Of a DNA stretch of 64,000 bases, positions 13,701-25,185 are shown one piece after another. The notes under the pieces were generated by a model, which did not search any database, was not told the origin of the DNA, and saw only the letters and a program-made list of their open reading frames with translations. This DNA comes from Raillietiella orientalis (lineage: Eukaryota). The first letter of the stretch is position 1, and every line of letters begins with the position of its first letter. The translations under genes were made by a program, and so were the position numbers. The DNA lies in NCBI GenBank assembly GCA_036172245.1, contig JAYWIR010000002.1, positions 4,278,001 through 4,342,000 on the forward strand. The letters are read 5' to 3'.

Positions 13701-14577
13701 GGACCGCACGTTCCCCCATCCTCATCCCTGTTCCGCCTGCAGTGGCGCTCTGTGATTCGTGACGCCCAAGCCGCGAGTGCCAAAATCACTTCCCTCCTCC
13801 CTCCATCTCTTACGTATCAGCCGCCAGTTTTCAGTTCGGCGGATTCTGCTGCTGGCATCTGCAGGCTGGCAAAGGGCTGCTGGTACGTGGACGGCCGAAT
13901 CTGGGTCTCCTGGAATACGAAGGACGCTACTACAGCGCATCTTCACCCAAGGTCCTCAGGATGCTCTGCCAGAATCCGCGAAGGTGAGCATGACCTTTCT
14001 CCTCAATTGACCCTTTTCCCCGGGACCTCCGCTGGCTCGCCTCTTCTTCTCCCCTCCCCCTGCCCCCAATTTTTCCAGGAAGTGGCGGGTGCCATAGACG
14101 CACCCCGGTATGACTTTCCAGTCTCCTCGAGCGCTGCCGAGCCGCCGCACTGTCTGCACCCGAGCTGTTCCACCTGCTTCATCTGGAGGAACACTTGAAG
14201 GGACCGCTCGAGAGAACGCGGATCATACCCCAGAAAGACGAGTGGCAGCAGACCGAGACTCACTCGGGGGGACTCGCAGCAGACCCTGGGTACCACTGGA
14301 ACGAGTGGGACCACCGGAGGGAAGCACTGAAACTGGTTGGACGGGCAGCGGGTCCCGACTGCGCCCTCAGCGCTTGCTGTTTACCCAGAGCGACGTGCTG
14401 CTGCGGACGTCCACGCATTCCACGCAGACGTACCGGAGCCACATGCGGAGGGACAATGAATGCCAGGTGTACCTGCCGAAGGAAGGTGCCACGCAGACCA
14501 AGGAGGACAGAGCCTCCGGAGCCTCCCCGCCCGAGCCGCTCCTGGAAATGTGGGCGGGAGACTCCGAGGTCGAGTAA
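1780..14577 (+). CDS. CFAP206: Cilia- and flagella-associated protein 206 (C6orf165 family), 5'-partial
   Basis: Hand-spliced exons 1780-1954, 5869-6057, 7957-8121, 8869-9085, 9139-9268, 11513-11614, 13135-13284, 13835-13983, 14122-14335, 14389-14577. All introns are GT-AG and phase-consistent, giving 1680 nt ending in TAA. Family motifs: VKVVLLNPMNG...TLNMQVVFLSGYTNR, SIYQKIVASLVLMSGLGAPT, LVMGIRLYNK, KTAVPTVQVYP, FGGFCCW...GLLVRGRPNLGLLEYEGRYY, YHWNEWDHRREALKL, THSTQT...HMRRDNECQVYLPK. The first coding exon was not found in the window. Confidence 0.9.
2900..4250 (-). mobile_element. Degenerate LINE (L1/Tx1-like) endonuclease-to-linker remnant in a CFAP206 intron
   Basis: Shares cgcaaaccgagaa with the 22.6 kb relic and gives a KWK..N-type and a W..(G)E-type linker trace on the minus strand. 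Many stops and frameshifts. Confidence 0.35.
6450..7100 (+). mobile_element. Degenerate LINE 3' (zinc-knuckle) remnant in a CFAP206 intron
   Basis: RWKEGSSQGALLPIGTPESHLRL...GHFLQTV parallels KWQESASLVLHGGIPCEARLHHW...ETLPYLLLDC of the 28.6 kb copy. Confidence 0.4.
7100..7900 (-). mobile_element. Possible degenerate LINE AP-endonuclease remnant
   Basis: GC-rich intronic block with GGVPGIL (cf. SxGVAIL) and VVGGLL (cf. GGDFN) traces in APE order. Weak. Confidence 0.3.
9890..10620 (+). mobile_element. Long tRNA-headed SINE-like element, copy in a CFAP206 intron
   Basis: B-box GGTTCGAATTT at 9937-9947, then family blocks aggatggcgctggctggcc and ggaagtcgaccttccggggtccttctagaacatcgaggagcccttcggg shared with three other copies. 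Confidence 0.7.
11640..12900 (-). mobile_element. Degenerate GC-rich LINE 3' remnant in a CFAP206 intron
   Basis: Minus-strand traces GGGPLRDQR...SAHLGDADRAEES (zinc-knuckle region) and terminal SPHLG, which resembles the WPHLG end of other copies. Confidence 0.35.
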
Positions 14578-16158
14578 TGCGACCTCGAGCGAGGTGACGG
14601 ACCTGAGTCGGGAGCACGCAGTCGCGCACAGCGACGACCAATGCAGAAATTCCGTTCGCGCCCAGGCTTTCTCTCCTCTGGGAAACTACCCGCTGCCTTT
14701 GGGAGCGGGGCTTCGGGTAGGGAAGGGGACCGTCCAAAGTTGAAAGCGGCGGTGAGACGACTCCACCGGCGCCAAGTACAGCCGATGAGGCTTCGAAGTA
14801 GAGCACCACTCTCTGCCATCCCTCTGATGTCGCCAACGAGCGCCGATGCGGCATTAGTGTCATCCCACTTCGAGAAGGGATGCATCAGGCCAAAAACTGT
14901 CCCTGGTCCTCTGAAGCGGGATGCGGCTGGAGACTCTGCTTGGATGTTGCGGAGGAATGAGTTTTTTTAAGAACGCCGCTATCGGACCCACGGCCTACGG
15001 ACGGGTGGCGCTAGAATTCCTGCACTACGACGCTGATTGGCGCGCAATGGAGGGTCAGAGAGCGCCAGCGGATTCCTCCTGCAGGTATGGGAGATCTCCG
15101 GCTCTCCCCTTCGGTTGCCGACCAGGGGGTTTGCTAATGTTGCCCGTCCCCGCTTGAAGGAGACAATCTACATCGGGTGCTACAGCTGAGGCCATCCATC
15201 AGCGTATGGTCTCACCCAATACAGATACATTGCGACATCGCGAGTAACCTTGGAGATTCCTGCGATCCACCCTTCCTTTCCAGAATACGTAGGTCCGCAG
15301 ACGTAGGCGACGTCCGTATTTTTGACAAAAAAACAAAAACAAAAAGGAAAATGAATGAAAAAAGAAAGACGAAAAAGTAATGCCACACTGTTAACTCTGT
15401 GGCGATTAGTGTGGCCACGTGGATCGCCTACTGCATCAGAAAGTTCGATGAATCACTACTATCTCGGTTCAGGTCTTCTCAATGAGCCACTTCTGGTCTG
15501 CGAGACCACAACCGATTCTCTCGATCAACTTTGGTGCCAATGATGGGAGAAGGAAGAGAGATAAGTAAACACAAGGAGCGAGAGATGAACATCGTTGGTC
15601 CTGACTGTCAGAGTCTGCGGATGGGGGTACGGGCGCAACAGCACGAAAAATGACGGCAGTTTGCTGTCTTCGACCCCCAACCCAATCCTCAGGAGATTCA
15701 TCACCAATGGGGAATATCGCCCAGCATAACCGGCGACAGGCGGATTGAGTTCTTCTTTGCCCCTGCTTCTGTTTTAGGCTGGGTGAACTATGCCGTCTGC
15801 CCCTTTTCCAACCTTTTTCCAACGATGCTCTCAAGGAATCATTGCATAGGGCATCTTTCACCGGGATGCAGCAACATGTTCATTCACCAGGATCCTCACT
15901 TTTTGCAATATCATACAACATGTGCTGGGATCAACCCAACTTCTGCATCAGTCATCATCCCTTTCCCCACATTGTCCGATGAATGGGATGTAGCCTTAAA
16001 CTTCCCTTCAGCCTTTTTTTTCCTTCCGCAACTGGAAATGTATTTGCAACCAAGTAGCTCCTACACATGAAGGCGGATTCCATTCCCAAATCTCTCCACT
16101 GGTTCTCAAGCCCAAACTTCCCCTTAAGCCACCAGGTGACTCCAAGAACCAGGGAGGC

Positions 16159-19100
16159 TCAGATGAAAAGATGGCTGGTTGACTTCTGTATCATGCTTGA
16201 GGATCTCCTGATATGGCTACTGTCAGGAGAACTCACACGCCCTGATCTACACACCCTGGAGAATGCCATGGAAACAGCCCTTGGGCCTACCTGTCATCAG
16301 AAGAAGGGGGGGTTTCAGAAACCACTGTTTTCTGATCATCAGGCAAGATGGTAATCAAGTCAGGACTGCAGCTGGTCGCCTACTAGCATAGCACCTTGCT
16401 TGTTGTCATTCCCCATACCTGCACACCACTGAAGAGTGTTCTTGTCTTATTCCTCATGGTAAACTGGGTGGATTCTTTCTGTTCTGCGGACAAGCAGAGA
16501 GTTTCGTCATTTTCGATGTCATCATCGTCAGATGCTTCCAGGAGCATTCTCAGGTGTTTCCGCCATTGGTCCAACGATCGCAGGGTCATTCTGTTTCTGA
16601 CAAGCTATCGGAACACAAGCTGATCTTGTGACTGGATTTCCCTTCATACCGAGCGCATGCGGCTGCTAAGGGTCAGTAGGTTACGCAGCACAGCTGCACT
16701 GCTTCCCAGGTATTGCAGCCCAGAAAGCAGCTGTAATAGTGAACGCACAAAGGGCCCTTCTGGCTGCATGCAAATCATGTCACTGAGAGAGAAAGCCAGA
16801 TCATGGTGGATAGCATTGCCTTCTTTATCAGGAGTATGTTCCTGTGTCAGGGCAATGACAAACCAGCCCACATTAGTGATACCAGACATGGAAAGGGGGG
16901 AGGTGGTTGGAGCTTCCATAATCACACGCAAGGTTGGGATCAGGGATTCACCCAACAGCTGCTGGTGGGAGTGGGCCAAGGAAGAATAAAGAGGAAAGAA
17001 CTTCCCCAAGATGTCCCGGATCTGAGGTTCTTCCTGAGTGAGAGGGTTGCACCACAAGAGGAGCAAATGTGATAGCAGCTGAATGGAGGCCACTCTGTCA
17101 TGCAAAAGTAGCTTGCAGAGCTGCTCCACAGCAGCAGCCTGCAGGTCAGCAGACTCATTGCCCAAGAAAGGAACCAAGATGTCCATTCCATCAGGCACCT
17201 CCACCTGGTTCAGCATCAGGTCACCAATAGCACGAATAGCCACAACTTGCACCTCTGCAACGTCCATATGGATAGCCTGAAAGCTCAGGGTTGAAAACAA
17301 GCTTTCTCTAAGAGAAAAAGAGGAAACCTGTTTGAACAGAGGCACATAGTGTTCTCCCAGATGAGAATTCAGCAAGCAGAAGATGCCCATAGCAGACAGT
17401 CCCCTCACACGGATGCTGAGGAATGGACTTTGAATGCATGGGAGGAGCAAGTCATCCACCAGGCTGAGCAATATGTCATCCACAGTGCTCACATCTTTGC
17501 TCTGAAGCATCTCCTGGACAATGTGGAGGCAACGAACCAGCATAGCTGGGTTCTCTGCTTCATCCACATCTTGGTGCTGGTGCTCTGCACCTTCAGGGTC
17601 AACAGATGGTGTCAGAGCCTCCTCAAGCTCTGATGACAGCAAGCGTATCTTCTCTTCTTTCTCTTGCAGCTCGTCTTTGATCCTCTGAGCCTGCACAAAG
17701 TCCTGCTCACGGATGAGCTCATCAAGATACTCACGGAGCTCATGCTTCTCAACTCTAAGTTTTGCGATCTGGAAGAAAAATCAAATACCCCCTGCAAAGC
17801 AGAAGACAACAAGAATCATTGATGCCCATTAACAGTTTGAATTGCAAGGTGGAGGAGAAGTACTTTCTGATTACCTGGAAATCAGAATGCTGGACACTGA
17901 AGAGAATAACAATTCGCTGAAGTTGAGGATGCTGGGCAGAATTACAAAATGCGGTATAGCAATGGGATCATGGGTTAAAATGTTCAAAGACTAAAGCTCA
18001 TAAGCAGTGAACTGCATCTCTGATGCAGAAGAAAAACAAGATGACACACAGACGAACCATGCTGATGAAATCGAAAGTTCATTCAAGGACTTCCAAAGAA
18101 GGGAAAGAAGGTTGCATGAAAGGACAGAAGAAATACAAAATGATCAGTAAATAAAAAACAGTGAAGTGAAATGTCAGTTACATTAACGAATGATAATGTA
18201 AACTGCATATAACCACAGCAACAGAAATAAAAACAAAAGTGAGGGAGAGAGGAATGGGCACCTCTGTCTGGCCTACCTGAAGCTTTTTCCGTCTGCATTC
18301 TTCCTTATCAAGAGTCTTTTGATTAGCAGTGGCACACAGAGGTTGTCGGAGCTCAGCAAGCAGCTCAAGGAAGTGCACAATACGTATGTGTGCATCATGC
18401 TGGATGAAGCCACTGATCTGAACCAGAGAAGGCACCAATTCATCCTCAACCTGAAGATCCAACAGCAATTGGTCAACAAGGAGAGCCAGCTTCTTCCTGA
18501 AAGGGAAGAAGTAATCACGAAAATACCAATGATAGTGGCATCTCCACCTGCCAAACTCATCTGCCAAGTCAAAGACCTCAGTGAAAAGCAACAGCTCCTG
18601 AAACAGGCGCATCTGCTCGCTGTTGGACTCCATTTCTTGCACCTTGTTAAGGTAATCACAGAACTGACTCAAAGAAGGCAGCAAGTGGTCTAAGGCAGAC
18701 TCATTCGCAGACTGAAGATGCAGACAAACCCTCCTCCAGAAAAATGCCTTTTCCAAGTTGATTTCCGTAATAGGAATTGTTCGACTTTCATCCAGCATAC
18801 TCTTCAATTGTTTTACCATCCCCTCCTCAGTATCCTGACTGGTAAGAGACATCATCATCACCAAATTAACTTTCAATCTCATAGCGCACTTGAAAAGCGC
18901 ATCCAATGCCATCTGTGGAACTTCTGCTCTGTTCTTGACATCCAAACGATGTATAAATTCTACATACTGGTAATCTACACTTTGAAACCACATAGGAAGA
19001 ACCACATCTTTGATGGTCTGCTTCACCATAGCAGCAGAATCCAAGAGTCCTTCGAAGATGAAGCGTTCTCTCTGGGCAATAGTAAAGGATTGAATGTGCA

Positions 19101-20873
19101 CCCTACGTCCCAAGTAGTTATAGGCCTCTTTCCGGACAAAGTTACGCACATCCCGAGTGCGAGCAATGATGTGAGGCAGTGTAGTTCTAAAACCTGAAAA
19201 CCCAAGAATGGTTTATTCCTAAGGAGTCATATGCTCACCTGCAATCACTTGGAGAATAGCCTTACGAACTGATGGACTAGGATCATTACTAAGATGAAAA
19301 ATGTATGCTTTGATCACAGGACACTCAGGATTCTCTGGGTCTTGAAGACGGCGAATCGCATGAACAGCCTGCACACGCACAGCTGGCATTTTGTCTTGCA
19401 TACGTTTCATCATGGAGGCAATCATTTCATCAAACAGGTTGGCATCAATCCTTGCATCATCCCCCATCTTCATCAGCAGCATGGATACTAACTGACATGC
19501 TCGAAAACGAGCTGCTCTGTTTTTGCAATGAATGATCTAATGGCATAATATTAAACAAATGAATCAATAATTCTAGAAGTTGGATGTTTCAACAGCTCAA
19601 AAGACAGCAAACTCCAACGAAAGAAAGACCAAAAACATAAAAAGGACCTTTTCTGAGAACTGCAAATTGTACCCTCATATGTTGCAATTGATCAGGAATT
19701 ATTAGAAAATTCTTTAAATGGCAAGCTTTGTACTCAATTAATAATTTTCTCATTATTTAACAAATAGTCCGTAATAAAAAACATTACATCAGTTTTCAAA
19801 AACATACATGCACTCTGATACAAAAATTTCATGGAAAAATCTTTGAAATCACCTCCATGATAAAATGGATGAATCGTAAGAGGAAAGGATCCATCTCTTC
19901 ATCAGATTCATCTTCTGACTCACTGTTGACACATTTCTTGAAAATTTGATTTTCTTGAAATGAAAGTGAAAAATTTGTGACGAAAGAAAGAATTCTATCT
20001 ATGCATGTGTGCTTTTGTGCACACACCAGAACAACTTTCAGAGCACTTTCAAATAGGATGAAGAATTTTTCTAGGCCTTCCTGAAAATCAAAACAGATTG
20101 ATAACTCATTCTTTAAAATCATATAAATGTTATAAACGTGGTTACCAACTATTTGAGACTACATATGTTTACATAGTTTTTCTTTGTAAAGTCACATATA
20201 CATCCAATATGCACAAACAAAAACATAAATCAAAAACTCGAAAAAAATAAATTAACCATCAAAGAAAATGTCCTGGACACAATAATGTTGAAAATATTGG
20301 TTGAAAACTTGAAGCATAAGGGAATCATGCAAACACTAAATCCTCAGAAAATACTTCAACTGCTTTTTTCACCAAATTCATGGACTTAAAACCATGCTTC
20401 ACAATTGAAAGTAAAATAAAAATACATTTATTCAGATGCATAGAGCTCTGTTGTATGTTTCATAAATTTCAGCTCTCTTTCACTTTTTTTGTGGAATAAA
20501 GCTATGTTTATGCGTGGAAACCTGGCTAAATTTTATTACTTCCCTCTTATCAAATAAAAATGCCCAGAGAGATCAAAAATACATTACCAATTAGAAAAAT
20601 TGCCATATTATGTATATTAAATCAATTACAGGCCTTCAAATTATAATACAAAACGGTACTAAGGAATGCATGCATGTAATTCGGCAGTTGTTTTGTAAGT
20701 TACTTAAGTTAAGTTAACGAAGAACTGAACTAAGACAAGTGCTTTCATTGAAGACTTACTGTTTCGAATATTTGCTGCAACCGTTTTACCAACTTATCAT
20801 GAGTTGCTGATGGGCGTTGGGAAGCCTCAAGTATGTTACACACTTCAAGCTGAACATCATTAGAATAACCCAT
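16159..20873 (-). CDS. NCAPG: Condensin I complex subunit G (CAP-G)
   Basis: Exons 20873-20760 (MGYSND...SQRPSATHDKLVKRL), 20080-19853, 19536-19239 (RFRACQLV...RMQDKMPAVRVQAVHAIRRLQDPENPECPVI...NDPSPSVRKAIL), 19193-18890 (TLPHIIARTRDVRNFVRK...TIAQRE), 18838-18548, 18496-18277, 17768-17328, 17276-16650 (AAVEQLCKLLL...LLLLWCNPLT), 16604-16419. These are phase-consistent and give 903 codons. The last low-complexity exons are uncertain (tentative stop 16159-16161; could extend toward ~15.4 kb). Confidence 0.92.
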
Positions 20874-20890
20874 CTTATGTCCTCTATTAT

Positions 20891-21730
20891 TTAATCAACT
20901 AACATATGCACATCACAATCGATAAGTGAATGAATGTCACAGATTGGGATTTTCCAAAACTGATATGAATTGAATAATTCTGGCACGTCAGAATCTCTTT
21001 CGTTTATTACATAATTGAAATTTGAATCTGGAATAGAAAACGCATCTCCTTGCACAAGATCATCTATGGCTTCACTTGATTCGATGTTGGGATGCAACGA
21101 CCAGTCTAAATATCCATCACTTACGGCAACCAGCCTTTGATTATTAAACTTGGGCTGCTTCAGGTTTCTTGAAACATCACATTCTATTGAAACAGATTTA
21201 CGTTTCATCCAATCAAAATAAAATTGTTTCACTACAAGGAAATGACTAATACAACCGCATGAACTTTTGGTTCAATGGCTTCAGTAAAACACAACTTTCA
21301 CATTCCAGCTTCCAGGACTCCAATTAGTTTGTCATGTGCTCAATAAAAGTTGCCTTTGTACATTCAAAGGGCTTTAGACTAAACGGGAACTCTAAAAAAC
21401 ATGAATGCTTGAGAAACAATGCCTAAAAGCTGTTGAAGTACTTTCAAAACACACAAGCCATATGATCATGCCGGGCCGAAACTTCAAACGCTCCTTTCGC
21501 GCATCCACCACCTTGTTGCCTTCGTTTCCCGCCACAGTGCGTTTGTTGCCCCTCCAAAAAAAATTCCACCTTTTAGCAAGAGGGAATTCCATCCCGTAAA
21601 TTTTGCTGCTCCTTCTGCTCGGACCACGCTCAAGAAATTTCTTAACCCCATTATGGAATTCGAAATTTCCCTCCCTGCTTGAAGTTCCAGCGTATCTATC
21701 ACCCTGCTTTCTGACGCTGACGCTTTGCAT
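20891..21730 (-). CDS. Small C9orf40/AF1q(MLLT11)-like protein with WRNPLP-type motif
   Basis: ORF 21208-20891 (105 aa, MKRK...KQPK...ELFNSYQFWKIPICDI) ends in a motif like the YNTFQYWRNPLP of C9orf40 and YSTFNFWRAPIASI of AF1q. An upstream ORF starts at ATG 21730 in good context (aaccATG) just after a GT-AG 5'UTR intron (21830-21743). It could be joined through the acceptor ttgtag at ~21232, but the donor is uncertain. Confidence 0.55.
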
Positions 21731-21999
21731 GGTTATTTTCTTCTAACAGTAAAATTTCGATTTATAGAAACTCGAATCGTTGTTGTGCTGCACCAGTCGC
21801 CTTCTTTCAAGCCTGTATTCCTCGTCTTACCCACTTTTGACATCAATCTTATTATTAGTTAGTATCTTATAATCTCTCGATCGGAAGGAAAATCAAGCGG
21901 CATCTATGGAAACAGCATTTCCATAAAGATACATTTTGTCTTGTGCGCCAGTGTAGCCAAAAGAACGAATATTTTTGAAAAAACTTCCACCGTTCTTGT

Positions 22000-22880
22000 G
22001 AGATCAGTCTAACAATAACGGTAAACGTTTAAGCATTAAACTATGCGCATGCCTTCGGACAACAGTCCCTGTTTCCCACATGTTTCCCACTAGGAGCGTG
22101 TCGGTGCGCTGGTGCCTCAGTTCCTCCAGCGCGCTCTGGAATCCTCTGTCGTTTGCAGTGTAGCTTGTCGGGCATTTCCGACATAACTTCCATATTTCTC
22201 GTTTATGCATTTTGCAGCAGGATTCCTCACTAACATTTCGAGGCTGTCTTTACGAGAGTTTTCGAGAGTTCAGCGATTCGCTTTTCTCAGGTATTCCTAC
22301 TTATCGTTATGGAGTATCTGAGGTCTTGTGTTTCGGCAGTATCTAAGCGTTTTCCAGCTGTGCTTACACTGCCTGAGATTAGCATTATGCTTGCTTTATT
22401 TCGGTTCTTGAGAAATGACTCCCAGTTCTTTTAGAACGAGGCTCTCAGTTTGCTTGAAGAACGGTTTTTTGTCTTTCCTTGTAGAAAGTTTAAGAGCCTC
22501 GTGTGACATCGTAGAATACTTTGCGTCCGGGATGTGTCCGGAAGGTCAGTTATGAGAATATCCAGTTCGACACAGCAGATGTGACGAAGCAAGGCTCTTT
22601 GTGAACTTCGCAAACCGAGAACCAGGTACAATCAAGCGGCAATTTCTCCCCTTTGCGGACGTGGAATGATGTCTCCGTGACCAGTGCCTTGGCCAGTGAT
22701 CGGGCAGGGAGTCGACTTATGCGTGAAATGTACAGTAGGCACAAATTCACTGTCATTCCCATCAATGCATGTAGCTAAGCAAGAATGCCAGAGGACACCA
22801 ACAGAACATATCCTGCTTTCCCACAAACTACAATACCTGGCAGCAGGAGACTGCAGGCACCTGGATCCGCATGACCTCTC
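22000..22880 (-). mobile_element. Degenerate LINE AP-endonuclease C-terminus and linker
   Basis: TETSFHVRKGEKLPLDCTWFS (cf. TF...SRLDYxWxS), followed by LEELRHQRTDTLLV..WETG (EN-RT linker). Interrupted by stops. Confidence 0.5.
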
Positions 22881-22899
22881 TTTGATTCGTCCTATCTAA

Positions 22900-23800
22900 C
22901 ACCTGGGAGCAGTCCACCTGGTGGAAGTGGGAAGGGATAAGAAGCCATTGCGAGCCATTGCGACTCCCCTAGACGCAGTGCTGTCTTCCCAGTGGGAGAG
23001 AAACGGCAGTCGCCAACCCGTAGGGCAAGTGATCCCTTGTTCCACAGCAGGAGTTGTGAAACAGGTGAACCAGAGGTACATGGGCCAGTTCAATGACGCG
23101 GTGACACTCGATTCCCGCAATAAAGGACCGCTCCATTGGGAGGAGTACCTGGACATTCCGCCATCGGTGATTGCGACCCCTCCCCCCATCCGGACAGCTC
23201 CGTTCTTCCCCTCAGATGGAAGCACGAAGAGGCTTTGCGTGCCTCTGGTTACACTGGAACGTCCCGTGCGACCAGTAGCGTCACTACTGCACAAGGGGGA
23301 GCGAACTGAGGAGGCTGCGGGGAGATGGAAACTTCCACGCACCTTGCCACTGGATGCGGTGGCCTTCGGAGCTCTTGACCACGCTTCACAGCCACTCCGC
23401 TTCGGCCCAAAGACACCACGGAAGAGTTGCTGCGGCAGAGCTTCACGCGGAACGGAGAGGTGGTCCTTGTCGCCTGCTTTCGCTATCGTCCCATCCTGCG
23501 CTGCGTCAGGAGGATCGCGACGTCCCGGGACAAGCAGGTGGCGCGTGAGGAATGAGGAAGGACTATATGTAGTCGTGAGGAAAGTGGCAAAATGGTTCTT
23601 GAAGGAGACTGGAATGAAGGAGGAAGCCCCCTGCATCGCACGCAGAAGACGCAACGGGTGCGGCCGGTGACCCCTCTCCCTTCCCCCGTTTTATTCATAA
23701 ATATACTGTCTCCTAGGCCTTCCCCCTCTCTTTCAGTGTAGCAGGCCGGTGAGTCGGTGGTTTTCTTCTTTTCCTTCCCCTTGAAGCTTCAGAACAGCGT
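22900..23800 (+). mobile_element. Degenerate LINE 3' fragment (zinc knuckle)
   Basis: HWEEYLDIPP matches WEELLGIPP at 28.5 kb. GCGEMETSTHLATGC is a decayed CxxC...ETxxHLxxxC zf-RVT motif. Confidence 0.55.
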
Positions 23801-23889
23801 GGCAGATTCCACCAATCCACGTTACCGGTTTATTTTTCATTGTTTGGAAAAGAAATGAGCCGTTTGCAACCTGGTGAGATGGCGACCGC

Positions 23890-24969
23890 TTAGGTTGCAT
23901 GGAAAGCTCCAATGTAATCACAGGGAACCGATTTCTGCCACCGTATTGGATGGACGAACCTCTTTCGGAACGTGGGGGGAACTGCGACGTCTCTTTCGCT
24001 GGGCATGCACACGGTGGCTGCCCAGCAGTCTACTCCTTTCGAGCAGCGACGGCAAGTAGCGTCGTCTTCTGCAAGCCGTCCTGCTAGGGGGTAGCTTGCC
24101 GTCGGCTCAGGGCCTGCGATGATGCAGGATACCTCCCCCCGAGCGGACGGACCGCTGTCCGGGAGCTCCCTCCAGTAGAACAGCCTTGCAGCGGCTCGGA
24201 CCTGCTTCCTTTGGTCCCTCTGGATTCTGTCCAGGGAAATCCTTCCCACGTTGCACCGCCTGGCGGGGCCAACCTCAGCAGGCCTGGCGTGGGATAATCT
24301 CGACCACGTGTCCGCAGGCCACGAGCCAAATTCTGAACCGGTAGCCAGGAGATCCGTGGGTGTCCATCCCAGGAGGTAGCGGCCTGGAGTTGCGGGGGAG
24401 ATCTGGTGGCTTCGAACCCTCGCGGTTTGAGCGGGAAGAAGTGAGTCAGTTCCTCGCGCGGCGACTCGAAGCAGGTCGCTTGGGCAGGGCGGCACCAGCG
24501 TTTCTCCCAGAGCTCCTCCATCGGTCGCCGGAAGTGAGGACGAGTCACCACTCTCTCCCAACAGTCTGAAAGCTTCAACTGGTGTCCTGGAAAACAAGGC
24601 CTTGATGCGACCGGTCAATCTCGGGTCCAGAAATCGTCCGGCACTCTGAAGGCCTTCTATGCATCTTTTTATTGTGGAAGAAGGGAGAGGGAAGGAGGAT
24701 GAGACACGTGCAGAAGAGGACGAAGGGAGGGAGGCAACAAAAGTGCCCCAGAGTGCGGTCCAGTCGGTCGAGGGCAATTTGCTGTTCGTGAACGGTTCCA
24801 GCGCCCTTCCTGCCTGTTGGAGGCAGTAGACAGCCCTACGGTTCTGGGTCGCAGTTCTTCGGCTACTTCGGTCGCCCCGTGGCTGAACTCCGCTCACCTC
24901 GAAGTCGCTCACCCCATAGCGGGTGACTTTAACGTCCGCCGGCCCGTCATGTGCTCGAGATGACCACAC
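23890..24969 (-). mobile_element. LINE AP-endonuclease relic (359-codon open frame)
   Basis: APE-like motifs in order: GVSDFEVSGV (SxNVxG), AVYCLQQ (DVxCLQE), GRFL, ADTWSRLSH (DxWRxxHP), SLDRIQ (SRIDRI). Several catalytic residues are lost. Confidence 0.6.
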
Positions 24970-25185
24970 AGAAGGGAGGTCACCGGGATGTCAGCCGCCT
25001 ACATAAGGACGGCTACAAGGTAGCCTCACCTGGAACAGGAAGTGAAGAAGGAGATCGCTGGCATCCAGCGCCGGTTTGAGGATAGCTAGGAGCAGTGGAC
25101 ACCGGTGACCCCTGTTCTCTGCCTCCCTTTACTTATTTTTTTTTTCTCTTATCCTCCATCCCTGTTCGCTCCATAGCCTCCCGGT

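Noticed and set aside
15400-16150. Extra NCAPG terminal exons or an independent small gene
   Set aside because: Several splice solutions are possible in low-complexity sequence with no recognisable homology, so none can be chosen without transcripts.
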